Position numbers and translations under genes: made by a program. From positions 132,925 to 196,924 of the forward strand of contig SFGY01000007.1 of NCBI GenBank assembly GCA_004556455.1: 64,000 bases of DNA. The letters are read 5' to 3'. How positions within the stretch are numbered: the first letter of the stretch is position 1; every line of letters begins with the position of its first letter. Positions 1-9,201 of the stretch are shown piece by piece. This stretch comes from Clostridiales bacterium. Lineage in GTDB: Bacteria; Bacillota; Clostridia; Saccharofermentanales; DTU023. Under the pieces are notes generated by a model, which searched no databases, was not told the origin of the DNA, and worked only from the letters and a program-made list of their open reading frames with translations.

Positions 1-918
1 ATTTTTTCCCGTGGACTGGATCATGGGGAACACCGGATTGGATACAGCATGAACACTTAATGCAATTCCCGCGCTAATCAGATATTCAAATTCATCCTGA
101 TAGTCTGCGAAAGTTTTGCCTCGTTTTTCTTCGATACTTTGCGCGATCACCCGCTTTTTTTTATTTTCCATGTTCGAGGGAATCAAATCATAGACACGAC
201 GGATTTTGAGTTTTCTTTCGCTATCATATTTTGAGGCATCTGCGGCATAGTAACGATGGATTTCGCTCTGAATCTCCCGGACTCGCTGGATATTTTTCGT
301 TTCAAGATAGGCATTGACGGCCTCCGGAAGTCCGCCAACAAGCAAATATTTGCGAAAGTAATCCATCATTTTATTGTGGGCGGCCTCATCAAGGGCTTCC
401 CTTTGTTCAAACTTCCTGCGCAAGGAAGAGATGGCAAGCTCATTTAAGCCGTTCGCATACAGGAACTCCTCGAAATCAAGCGGAAACATGCTGATTTGTC
501 GTATGCTTCCCATGGGTATGGATGTCGTCTCTGAAAGCGTAACCCCGAGTAAGGAGCCACTGGCAATGTAGGTGAATTTGTTGTCCTGGGCCAGAAACTT
601 GAGCAGGGTCAGAAGCTGCGGGTAAGCCTGAATTTCATCGATAAAAATCAGGGTTTTCTCTTTATCCTTCATCCTGTCGCCAGCCAGCATGCTGACCTGC
701 AGGTAAAAGTCCTCTACCGATCGAACATCCGCAAAAAGTCCTGCCCCGAGAGAATCCTCAATCATATTGATTTCTATAACATGCTCAAAGAGCTTTTGAC
801 CAACGTGCCGTATAATGAACGTCTTCCCCACCTGGCGCGCGCCATTCACCAGGAGGATTTTCGGAGAGTTGGATTCCAGATGGGCTTTTATCTGAGCTTC
901 AATTTTTCTGAACAGCAT
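1..918 (-). CDS. AAA+ ATPase, DUF4143-type (N-terminal part; gene runs off the left edge)
   Basis: The reverse frame opens at ATG 918..916 behind GAGGTG. The translation MLFRKIEAQIKAHLESNSPKILLVNGARQVGKTFII...LIFIDEIQ has Walker A and Walker B-like motifs. There is no stop before position 1. Confidence 0.75.
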   Translation of the reverse strand, partial: MLFRKIEAQIKAHLESNSPKILLVNGARQVGKTFIIRHVGQKLFEHVIEINMIEDSLGAGLFADVRSVEDFYLQVSMLAGDRMKDKEKTLIFIDEIQAYPQLLTLLKFLAQDNKFTYIASGSLLGVTLSETTSIPMGSIRQISMFPLDFEEFLYANGLNELAISSLRRKFEQREALDEAAHNKMMDYFRKYLLVGGLPEAVNAYLETKNIQRVREIQSEIHRYYAADASKYDSERKLKIRRVYDLIPSNMENKKKRVIAQSIEEKRGKTFADYQDEFEYLISAGIALSVHAVSNPVFPMIQSTGKN

Positions 919-1239
919 AGACTCACCTCGATCTGACATTTCAGCATAATATTAGCCAATGAAAACAAACTTTTCAATATTATTTCAACCTTTAATATAT
1001 GACTTTTCAAATTTATTTTAAAGTAAAATTAATGACTTTTCAAATTATATTGTTGATTATTTTATGACATTTCAATTTATTTTGAATTCACAATCGCGGG
1101 GACTACAGTCTTTCTTCTGCTTCGAGTTTTAGCTAATATTCTTCAATATTTCAGCGGCAGCACCTATTTTCTGTCTTATATCGTGCAACGAAGCAAGGTG
1201 TGGATAGGCCCGCTTAAATAAAGATATCGCCATCTTAAT

Positions 1240-1640
1240 TTATTCTTCTGAATCCAGGTCTTTGAGACGTTTACCCTCTGCCGTTTTCCAGCAAGTGTTT
1301 CCGCTTAGCGAGGCTCCACCTACAAAACCGGCCGCTGCTGATGGTGATGTAAAGAGAAGATCTTTGCTCAGGCTTCCATCCGCCTGTATTGCAGTCGCAT
1401 ATTTCTTCGATTTTGGCATCGGCACTAAAGGGCAAATAGACTCCCGTCTGCTTCAGAGCGTCAATGCTGCGGGCTTTTTCCAGCAGCGTGCGGGGAATTT
1501 TGTACGCCACACCCGTCCAGTTGGCCAGAGAGCATTTGATGCGACCATTCGCGTCCCCATCCATTAAAAAGAGATTGATTTTCCGGGCATAAGTTTCGCT
1601 CCCACAAATTATTTTTTCCTGCCATACGGAAGATGCTCTT
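1240..1640 (-). pseudogene. Remnant of a GIY-YIG/DUF4357-type protein (internal deletion plus frameshifts)
   Basis: One reverse frame reads ...ARKINLFLMDGDANGRIKCSLANWTGVAYKIPR...LKQTGVYL (typical N-terminus of this family). Another reads ...LLFTSPSAAAGFVGGASLSGNTCWKTAEGKRLKDL* (typical DUF4357 C-terminus). The catalytic middle is absent and no in-frame ATG precedes KINLFL. Confidence 0.45.
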
Positions 1641-1955
1641 CAGCAACTTTGCTCAAATTTTCCTCCGAAACAAAGGAGTACTTCAAAACTTTAGGTTCCT
1701 GAAGGTCGGGTGTCTCCATATCCGTATTATCTGCCCATTGCTCACATTGTGTCATAACTGTCTGTACAGCGTACTCCATGTCTTCCGGGGCCGTTCTTTG
1801 TAAGTTCGTGTTCGATTGTGTTAGCTTCACCTCAGGTGGGTGAGCGGTTCCGAATGCGCATGAGAGCCTCCTTTCAGGCATAAAAAAAGCAGTAGGTCGG
1901 TTGATCTACTGCTGGGGGTTATTAGTTGTGAGTTTTATTACTGCCTGAAACCTGC

Positions 1956-2084
1956 TTATTTTTTCTTAGACATAAAAATTCCAATAGCAACGCCGCAAAA
2001 AACGCCAATAGGAATCCCTACGCCAATATTCTGAATTGCAGCTCCTATGGCACCACCAAACATCAGGCCAAAGCTTAATCCCAT
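1956..2084 (-). CDS. Small glycine-zipper-like membrane peptide (42 aa), possibly the tail of a frameshifted longer gene
   Basis: Reverse ORF MGLSFGLMFGGAIGAAIQNIGVGIPIGVFCGVAIGIFMSKKK*, below the ORF-track cutoff. An upstream MEDNEKKTNNGDNQDQEK frame (starting near 2150) is one base out of phase. Confidence 0.3.
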   Translation of the reverse strand: MGLSFGLMFGGAIGAAIQNIGVGIPIGVFCGVAIGIFMSKKK

Positions 2085-2174
2085 TGCTATTGGATTGCCT
2101 TTTCCTGATCTTGATTATCGCCATTGTTCGTTTTTTTCTCATTATCTTCCATAATTAACAGTCTACTCCTTTCC

Positions 2175-3155
2175 TTAAACCAAGAGTTCTGGCTGCTTTC
2201 GCAGTTCATTAAATACCGAGCGGTATAGGCTCGTGTCATCAATTTTCAGAATTGAGGTGATCTTACTACCGGCATCTTTGGACGAGGCTCCGCAGTGATA
2301 AATGACTTCCTGTTCTGTCCCATAGTCGATGGCAATATAGCGATCGTGATATTTTCCGCCCGTAGTTTTCAACTGAAGATGAATCTTAGGATATTCCTGA
2401 AGAAAATCCTTGAGCATAGAGGCCGTTAATCTGGAACGATTGTGAAGATTATCACTGAAGAGTGTGATTTCCACAGTATCTTTGGCAGAAAGAAATAGTT
2501 CCAATGTTTTCAGACTGATGTAGTTATCGACCACATCAATGGATTTTTTGGCAGACTTATAGATTTTTCCGTACGCGAGATCCGCTTCCACCTTCTTCCC
2601 GTCCAAAATCAGAAAATGTTTGTAGGTGTCCGGGTCAACAAAATTGTCCATGACTTTTTTCAGGTCTTCCTTGGTTGCCATGGTGTCTTTGATTTCTGCA
2701 ATATCTTTGGTGTTCTGGTTGGTCTGTGTCGCCAACTGCAGAAGTGCTTTAGAGCCAAGCACATCCTGATTCTCAACGATATAATCCTTCATCTGCTTGA
2801 AAAGACGGATGAGCGCTTTACTCTGTCTGGTTGCAAGGTCTCCTCTAAGTACCGTCATGAGCATATAGATGCCTTGTTCTGTAAAGGCATACGGCAGATA
2901 GCGAGAACCTCCCCAACTTGAGGTCGAAAATTTCGACCTCAAGTTTTCAAGCTCATTTTTTGTGAGTTGAAACCGAAAATCTTCATCGAATTTTTCAATG
3001 TTGTTTTTTACCTGCTCGTTAAAACGCTTTGTTTCATACCCATAGATTTCCGCTAAGTCCGCATCCAGCATCACGCGCTGTCCACGAATGAGATAGATAC
3101 GGTTTTGAATACTTTCCTGGGTGAGAACAACCAGGCTTTTTTCTTGATCGCTCAT
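2175..3155 (-). CDS. ORF6N (KilA-N-like) domain DNA-binding protein
   Basis: The N-terminus IQNRIYLIRGQRVMLDADLAEIYGYETKRFNEQVKNNIEKFDEDFRFQLTKNELENL matches the ORF6N signature. The C-terminus has the KYHDRYIAIDYG...YHCGASSKDAGSK motif common in such proteins in R-M islands. Confidence 0.75.
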   Translation of the reverse strand: MSDQEKSLVVLTQESIQNRIYLIRGQRVMLDADLAEIYGYETKRFNEQVKNNIEKFDEDFRFQLTKNELENLRSKFSTSSWGGSRYLPYAFTEQGIYMLMTVLRGDLATRQSKALIRLFKQMKDYIVENQDVLGSKALLQLATQTNQNTKDIAEIKDTMATKEDLKKVMDNFVDPDTYKHFLILDGKKVEADLAYGKIYKSAKKSIDVVDNYISLKTLELFLSAKDTVEITLFSDNLHNRSRLTASMLKDFLQEYPKIHLQLKTTGGKYHDRYIAIDYGTEQEVIYHCGASSKDAGSKITSILKIDDTSLYRSVFNELRKQPELLV

Positions 3156-3168
3156 AGCTCCTGCTTTC

Positions 3169-3667
3169 TCATTTTGTGGTCAAATTTTTTGACCACAAAA
3201 CAGGTGATAGTGGTAGTAAGTCAAGTACATTGATGCCTCCGTTTATTGCTTCTATTTTAGCATCCTGGCTGTTCATTGCCTGTGAAAACCTGCGCACCAC
3301 CGTGTTGGCCGATAGCTTGACCCGGCCACTCCTCTTCAGGTAGTCTTCAATATCGAAGACGTTTCGCTTATCAAAATCCTCCAGCATCTTGTAGTTCGGG
3401 TGCCTGGTGATGTCAAAGGGTGCAAGCCGAGCACCGCAGCTGATCAGAATGGACTTGGCGGTCTTCTTCATCGCGCCACTGATTCTGTACAGATAGCTGC
3501 ATTCGGTCTAAAAGCAGGGCGTAAAGAATTTTGGCCTCTGCCGACAAGCTGTTAAAAATGGGATTTTCGACCAGTGCCCTCGGCATCATGTAAAAGCGAA
3601 AGCGCTCGCCGTCCGTCCCGTAGAAATATCCAAACCTCACATCCGTCAAACCTCCTTTCCAGGCCAT
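3169..3667 (-). pseudogene. Replication initiator protein A (RepA_N family), frameshifted
   Basis: ORF 3413..3667 reads FRFYMMPRALVENPIFNSLSAEAKILYALLLDRMQLSVQNQWRDEED, the RepA_N N-terminal signature, then stops. The reading continues in another frame (3169..3471). Confidence 0.6.
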
Positions 3668-3760
3668 GCCGGTTCATTGTTCTTTGGTAACCCTTTGGGC
3701 ATAAAAAAAGACGATAGAGTTTTCATCTACCGTCTTCGTGAGTGATATTCTGTTGTCTTG

Positions 3761-4039
3761 TTAAATAGTGCCGAGTGTCCGGTTGAATCCGCGTAGCAGT
3801 TCAATGGCGACCGCTGCAATGAGTGGTAACCCAAACGGGCTGATGATAAAGGCGATGACCAGTGCTGCGACCATCGTGCCCATATCATGCGCGAGGAAAG
3901 AGGCAACAGCTCCGAACAGAATCAGGGTTACCAAAATATCCCAAGTACCACATTTCCAAGGCCAAGCAGGAAAGAGAGCGTCCAGGTTACCAAGGTCAGC
4001 ACAAGTCTGATTGGCAACAACAGAATTCGCAACATCCAT
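3761..4039 (-). CDS. Small two-TM membrane protein (92 aa), function unknown
   Basis: ATG at 4039 lies 8 nt after GGAGGAG (4054..4048). Sequence: MDVANSVVANQTCADLGNLDALFPAWPWKCGTWDILVTLILFGAVASFLAHDMGTMVAALVIAFIISPFGLPLIAAVAIELLRGFNRTLGTI. The longer track ORF (to 4204) lacks an RBS. Confidence 0.5.
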   Translation of the reverse strand: MDVANSVVANQTCADLGNLDALFPAWPWKCGTWDILVTLILFGAVASFLAHDMGTMVAALVIAFIISPFGLPLIAAVAIELLRGFNRTLGTI

Positions 4040-4086
4040 CGCATAGGCTCCTCCGTTTCTTTTGATTGATGAGGAAGCCGATGTGT

Positions 4087-4545
4087 TTACGCCGCTTGCC
4101 TCATCTCTTTGCAGGTTTTTGTAGTTTGTGGAAGCTTGAAACACCTGATATTCAGGGCTTTCTTGCCATGTGTCATTATTATGACACCTTCCCCACAGCA
4201 ACAATCATAGATACGGGAATCTGCTGTGGGGCGGAGAATGGAGACAAGGGTTTTAACAACGCTGGCTGGCGTATAAAATTCTCCGCCACTAACACCTTCT
4301 TTCTCAGCGAACTGGTGGATGCAATATTCATAAGTGCGCCCAAGAAGATCTTGATTGTCGGTCGTTTGGCTCATGTCGATGTCATTCGTGAAGATGTCGA
4401 CGACATCACCCAGAACTTGTCTGCCCAGATCTGGGCTGGAGCAGACATTTTGAAACTCCTTCAGCCCGTTGAGCATCTGCAAAACAAATGGTTCTATATA
4501 CTGCTTTCTATCATAAAAGTTCAGAGTGTAGAGGTCAATTTAAGG
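4087..4545 (-). pseudogene. hsdM: Type I restriction-modification methylase HsdM fragment (5'- and 3'-truncated)
   Basis: DLLGRTYEYCIHQFAEKEGVSGGEFYTPASVVKTLVSILRPTADSRIYDCCCGEG corresponds to the HsdM GEFYTP and YDPxCGSGG motifs. The frame is closed by a stop upstream (about 4546) and breaks right after motif I. Confidence 0.7.
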
Positions 4546-4550
4546 CGTTG

Positions 4551-4850
4551 ATAAGGCTTATAAGAAAAAGCGTGATGTCGGGCTATGCGAATTTATAGGA
4601 GAAGCACATAGCGTAGTGATGTGAATCTGTAAGGAATAAGCGCGACGCTGGGCAATGCGTTTTTTGAGAGAAGCACATAACGTAGTATTTCTGTTTTTAA
4701 TTAGCTGGATTTTATATTTTCGTCAAATGCCGGAATATCAGATATTTGACGAAAACTTAGTGCCCATTCATTTAGAGATCGCTATAGTAGTGATGTAGAT
4801 TTGTAAGGAATAGCGCAATCAGGATGGTGCAGATTGCTAAGGAAAAAGCG
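4551..4850. repeat. Degenerate direct repeats of about 68 bp (three copies) in non-coding DNA
   Basis: Copies share ...gtagtGATGTrrATyTGTAAGGAATA(A)GCGCrA...GCA...: 4612-4686, 4787-4850 and a weaker copy at 4551-4617. No ORF covers them. Confidence 0.55.
4717..4755. repeat. Perfect 12-bp inverted repeat (hairpin) TTTTCGTCAAAT-N15-ATTTGACGAAAA
   Basis: Read directly: 4717-4728 is the reverse complement of 4744-4755. Confidence 0.7.
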
Positions 4851-4875
4851 CGAACCGTTTTGGGGTTCGCGCTTT
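4845..4875 (-). terminator. Rho-independent terminator downstream of the LPXTG surface-protein gene
   Basis: AAAGCGCGAACC / GGTTCGCGCTTT forms a 12-bp stem. On the minus strand it is followed by TTTTT. Confidence 0.5.
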
Positions 4876-5008
4876 GATGGGTGCATATGGTTTTCTTGCG
4901 CTTTTCTCACACTTGTCGCGCACCATTCCTGCACTTGACTCGTTCTTGATTTGTACTGTTTTTAGCGCTTGACTCGCACTGTTTTTGCGCTTTGGCTAAT
5001 ATACCGCC

Positions 5009-7219
5009 TTATTTTCTGAGCTTGAATCTCATGAGGATGATGAGCAGAGCTGCCGTCAGGAGAAGGGCGAGCTGATTCTGGTAACTGGCCTCGCCGGTGG
5101 CCGGAAGCTGGACAACGGTTATTTGCGGCGGAGCAAACGGGTGGAGTGCAGGGAACGGCTCCTGAAAGTGCTTGCCAGGCCTCCTGATCCCGGGATTTGG
5201 ATGGCAGTTGGTCACGTTTAATCCTCTGTATGTGACGTCGTAACTGATGTCGTCCAGGTTAATTCTGCCGCGTTCTTCTCCTTGCTCTTTTATACTGAAC
5301 ATGTCGTCCGCGGAAGGATTTATTGTCCATACGACTTCCGTCTGCCCATCCGGCAGAACTTTCCTGGATGCGTCAAAGTCTACCTCATCTCCACCGATAA
5401 CTTGCAGCTTATCTTCCGCAAATTCCTGGCCTTTGTTTAATAAGCTGAACGTAATTTCCGGTTTGGTTTTGGGGGCGCCAATCCAGATTTTATTCGCGGT
5501 AACATGCTGCTTCCATCGGGCAATGAGTATATTCGTTGTGGTTACCTTCTTCGCATCTATCATAAGATTGGCATACGAGGCAGCATAAACCTTTCCGTCC
5601 GAGGCGTTTTCCCAGCCGATGAATTCAAATCCTTCTTTTGCTTTGAACAGATTAGCATTTTCCAGAAGAAGACGGTCATTGATGAGGATGGGTTCTCTGA
5701 TGATATCCGGGTCATTCGATCCCAGACCAGCTTTATAAATGACTTTGGTTTTTTCCTTGACATCGCCCCACAGCGCCGTCAGCACGACATCCTCCGTAAT
5801 CTGAATTTTGTCGCCGGGTTGAAACCGCTTTTCTTCCCCGGTTGGCATAGTTTGCTTCCAGGCCAGGAAAACTTTCCCCTCTGGAGCTTTCAATTCACTC
5901 GGCGGCAGCAGGACCGCAAAGGCATGCTCCGCATAATGTTCAGGATCCTGGGGAACCTCCCCCGTCCCCTCTCCCGCCACATACGTCACCGTAAATTTAT
6001 CCAGATTGACGTAGTAGGGATAAAAGCTCATATCCTTTGACACGACCGTTTCCAAATTGAAGGGAATATAGCGGTCTCCCTCTTTTGTGCTCCATCCCAT
6101 CCAATGGTAGCCTTGGGGAATGCTTATCGCTTTCGTATCATCACCTACGCTCAGGATGTTGCCGTAAGCATCTTTAACTGTGGGAAAAAGCTCGGGCTTA
6201 ACCCTCTGGCCATAAAAAAGAGTCTCGGTAGAGGGTGTACCCCCATCACGGCGCGGGTAGAAATATCCCTTTAATTCGGCTGGGCCCCACTTGGCATATA
6301 CATGGACAAGTTTCGCAGGCATGATTTTCAGATGATCTCTGGCTTCTGTTCCCTCTGCACACTGAGGTCTCAGATACCAGCCTTTAAACTCATAATACTG
6401 AGGAAAATCTTCCGGCGGCTTATCTGGAACAAGATCAAAGTAAGGCGCCAATTCCTCCTCATACCTGACTTCCTCAGACTTGTATTCGTCCTTTCCATTG
6501 AACATTTTCAACGGGAAGGATGCCCGCGGGTATTTAAGCTGATCCTCACTACCCTCGTCGCCGAGTTCCATCATATAACCTAATTCATCATCAGGAATAA
6601 ATCCAGCATCTTCGGGTGACAGACGCTCATACCCTTCTATGGGATGATATTCTTCTTCATAAGTAATGAGGTCAAATACTGTAGGAATCCTCTTGAGTTC
6701 ACGATAAACTCCATCAAGACCTTCGCCCATATAGATCAATGTATGCTTTATGAGGCCTTCATCCAGTTCACACCAAAAATCAACATTTTCCCCGGGCATC
6801 AGCTCAATGGTTTGAACATCATAATCATAATGGTTAAAGGGATGCCAACACCTGTCTTCAAAATCTTTGATAGGAAAATGGCTTGCAATTCTCTGCCCGT
6901 ATTTGGCGTCAAACTCATATACCAATTTACAATCGTTTATATCAGCATCACCTATTGCCCAGGCGTCACCCGTTTGTTCATGATAAAAACGCATGGTGTA
7001 CTTGTTTCTCGTATAGTAAACATTGACGACCGTGCTTCCATCCGGCTTAATAACTTTTCCCGTGTCATATTCTTTAAACGTAAAGAAGTTGCGATATTTG
7101 TCGGAAAGATTCTCTTTGCCATAGCCCTCTGCGTCATCCTTCAGGATCGCTGTCTTCTGCATTTTCAGTCCAGTAATTGATGATATACTTCGTATCTGTT
7201 CTGGGTGTCCAGACTGCAT
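5009..7219 (-). CDS. Cell-wall-anchored surface protein, C-terminal portion (Flg_new/Listeria-Bacteroides-type repeats, LPATG sorting signal)
   Basis: Repeats such as YEFKGWYLRP...VHVYAKWGP, GYHWMGWSTKEGDRY, KVFLAWKQT...VVLTALWG and GFEFIGWENASDGKVY. The C-terminus LPATGEASYQNQLALLLTAALLIILMRFKLRK is LPXTG plus a TM segment plus a basic tail. This ORF has no signal peptide of its own. Confidence 0.8.
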   Translation of the reverse strand: MQSGHPEQIRSISSITGLKMQKTAILKDDAEGYGKENLSDKYRNFFTFKEYDTGKVIKPDGSTVVNVYYTRNKYTMRFYHEQTGDAWAIGDADINDCKLVYEFDAKYGQRIASHFPIKDFEDRCWHPFNHYDYDVQTIELMPGENVDFWCELDEGLIKHTLIYMGEGLDGVYRELKRIPTVFDLITYEEEYHPIEGYERLSPEDAGFIPDDELGYMMELGDEGSEDQLKYPRASFPLKMFNGKDEYKSEEVRYEEELAPYFDLVPDKPPEDFPQYYEFKGWYLRPQCAEGTEARDHLKIMPAKLVHVYAKWGPAELKGYFYPRRDGGTPSTETLFYGQRVKPELFPTVKDAYGNILSVGDDTKAISIPQGYHWMGWSTKEGDRYIPFNLETVVSKDMSFYPYYVNLDKFTVTYVAGEGTGEVPQDPEHYAEHAFAVLLPPSELKAPEGKVFLAWKQTMPTGEEKRFQPGDKIQITEDVVLTALWGDVKEKTKVIYKAGLGSNDPDIIREPILINDRLLLENANLFKAKEGFEFIGWENASDGKVYAASYANLMIDAKKVTTTNILIARWKQHVTANKIWIGAPKTKPEITFSLLNKGQEFAEDKLQVIGGDEVDFDASRKVLPDGQTEVVWTINPSADDMFSIKEQGEERGRINLDDISYDVTYRGLNVTNCHPNPGIRRPGKHFQEPFPALHPFAPPQITVVQLPATGEASYQNQLALLLTAALLIILMRFKLRK

Positions 7220-8669
7220 AAAGTTTCAGATCTCCCTCAAGGCTGTCGCCAAAAGCAAATGCCGTTCCCCCTTCGGATACAGACCAATGATCGAACTGAT
7301 AGCCCGGTCTTGTAGGTTCTGAAGGGGCTTTTGTGACGTCCCCGGGCAAAACCAGCTGCGGCTCGACATAGCTCGCGTCCCGACCTGAATAAAAGTAGAT
7401 GTATTTGCCTTCTTTAATTTGGGGCCAGAGTTTCTGATCCTCAGAACCGAGGGTATAGTTCGCCTCCACAGGACCGTTTTCCAGATCCGGATCTAAATAC
7501 CAGCCGGTTACTTTCTGTTTCAATTCCAGAGGCAGGAGCACATCCGTGGTGCTGACTGTTGTACTCGGGCTTCCCTCTTTGGTTTGAAAGATACGCGCGT
7601 CAGGGTTTATGCCATCCATAAAGAACACATGGACGAGCTTTTTAAATCTGGCTGAAACCAGAATTGTTTTATCTTTGTCCAGCTCAATGGGTGAAGAAAA
7701 GTCCAACGGTGTATCTTCATCTTCAATAAACCAGCCAATAAATTTGCCTGTTTCACTGAGCGGCGCTTTAGGCTCCAGTAAAAACTCCCCGTTTTTGACG
7801 ATCTGACGCTCGACTTCCTTGCCTTCTACTTTGAAAATAAAGGTCCACGCAGGCTCTGCCGGGGAAATAATGCGGCGGGGTCCTGTACGCTTCTGGCTTT
7901 TTTCTCTGTGAAGATAGTTCGCATGAATCTCCAGTATTTCAGCCCCATCGTCACTGTCAAAGGATAGAGGGAGACTTGGATCAAAAGCGGTAGTCCCGTC
8001 GGCATAACTCAGGCCACTGAAAGTGTAAGCCTCGATTTCGGGCAGTTCCAATGCCGCAAGAGTATCTCCGTCACGGATTTCTTCTTCGTACAGGAGGCTG
8101 TCTCTGATACCATCCTTGTAAATAAAGACACGACACGTTTGAACCCGTGTTTTCTCATAAAGGAGCAGCAGGTCAACAACTGCGCCCTCCTGATCTGAGG
8201 AAAACTGAATCACTTGTCCGAGATCAAAAGGCTGACCTTCCATATCGACGATGCCGACGAAACGGCAGCCTTCAAACTGTGGGAGATCAAAAGCCGGGAT
8301 AAGATCGCCATTCGCACAGCTGAATTCAGCAAACGGCTCAGGACTCACCTGTCCATTCACAGAAGTAAAGAAGCGAAACTGCTGCTGAGCAACTTTGTCC
8401 TGCGGCAAATCTATTTCATTATTATTGTTTTCAGGAGGCGGCAGCTCTGTTTTCTCTTCCGATTTCTCTTCCGAAATTTCCTTATCCTCTTGCTGCGAGC
8501 CGTCCGCTGCCGTCAAACCGGACTCACCTGAAGGATCGTTGTCCATGACCGATGCCTCCTCTTTGGTAGCAGAGACAGTGATCACGCTGATCGTCGAAAA
8601 AACAAATCCCAGAGCAAGGATAAGCGCCAGGATAGTCTTGAACTTAAGTTTGCCGTAACCGTTTTTCAT
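7134..8669 (-). CDS. Same surface protein, N-terminal portion with signal peptide (overlaps the next ORF in another frame)
   Basis: RBS AAGGAGA. Signal peptide MKNGYGKLKFKTILALILALGFVFSTISVITVSA. Flg_new-type repeats (GKFIGWFIEDEDTPLDF, GYQFDHWSVSEGGTAFAF...LKLYAVWTP). It ends ...KYIINYWTENAEDSDPEG*, while the other frame continues DDAEGYGKENLSDKY. Confidence 0.8.
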   Translation of the reverse strand: MKNGYGKLKFKTILALILALGFVFSTISVITVSATKEEASVMDNDPSGESGLTAADGSQQEDKEISEEKSEEKTELPPPENNNNEIDLPQDKVAQQQFRFFTSVNGQVSPEPFAEFSCANGDLIPAFDLPQFEGCRFVGIVDMEGQPFDLGQVIQFSSDQEGAVVDLLLLYEKTRVQTCRVFIYKDGIRDSLLYEEEIRDGDTLAALELPEIEAYTFSGLSYADGTTAFDPSLPLSFDSDDGAEILEIHANYLHREKSQKRTGPRRIISPAEPAWTFIFKVEGKEVERQIVKNGEFLLEPKAPLSETGKFIGWFIEDEDTPLDFSSPIELDKDKTILVSARFKKLVHVFFMDGINPDARIFQTKEGSPSTTVSTTDVLLPLELKQKVTGWYLDPDLENGPVEANYTLGSEDQKLWPQIKEGKYIYFYSGRDASYVEPQLVLPGDVTKAPSEPTRPGYQFDHWSVSEGGTAFAFGDSLEGDLKLYAVWTPRTDTKYIINYWTENAEDSDPEG

Positions 8670-8967
8670 AAAAATGGTTCTCTCCTTATTTACTCTTCTC
8701 GTTTAACTCTTACACTGGACGAACCTGATAGGTCAGAAGATCATTATAGACCAGTAGATGTCTGTCAAATCATTACGTGTTTATAACAGAGGCCGTCAGC
8801 GCCGGAATAAATCTTTCGACCCTTTTATCCGTAAGTCTGCCGCCCATCATTTGGACTTCATATACCACTTTCATTATACACTAAGAAAAATGGATATTAA
8901 ATGTCTATTTTAAGGCTTATATGCGCTTTTTCAGATTTTCACAGAATGAAGACTGATCCGGTCATAG

Positions 8968-9012
8968 AAAAAAGCCGACGCCAAGCTTTAAAAAAGCTGG
9001 CAATCGGCTTTT
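8968..9012 (-). terminator. Terminator of the liv operon (bidirectional shape)
   Basis: Outer stem AAAAGCCGA / TCGGCTTTT, inner stem CCAAGCTT / AAGCTGG. A T-run of 6 follows on the minus strand. Confidence 0.6.
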
Positions 9013-9201
9013 GTGCTTTCGCGAAAACGGTGTACGGCTACTTCGACCTTTGCGCTTGCTTCGTTAGCCCTGGCGACAATTTCGGCTTTTGTGGCAGCTA
9101 CAGCTTGAGTTTTCCTCAAACTTTAGCCTTTGCGGTCCTTAGTTACGGCTATGAAGCCTGGCCACTTAGCCCGGTTTTGCCAGTTGCTTGGCCTTAGCAG
9201 C

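Noticed and set aside
1609-1881. 90-aa minus-strand ORF (MPERRLSCAFGTAHPPEVKL...EEHLPYGRKK) upstream of the GIY-YIG remnant.
   Set aside because: It has no RBS and no recognisable motif, and it sits in a region of multiple frame disruptions. It is probably part of the degraded locus rather than a functional gene.
4551-4850. Repeat arrays (4551-4850, 34139-34216, 45151-45216, 46165-46303) considered as CRISPR arrays.
   Set aside because: The units are degenerate, contiguous or irregularly spaced, and too short or lacking unique spacers of uniform length. No cas genes are present in the window.
8901-9197. Small plus-strand ORFs (8901-9197 and the start of 9130-9984) in the spacer downstream of livF.
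   Set aside because: They have no RBS and span a terminator hairpin and repetitive GGCTTTTGTG/CCTTTGCG words. This is most likely non-coding 3' UTR/spacer.
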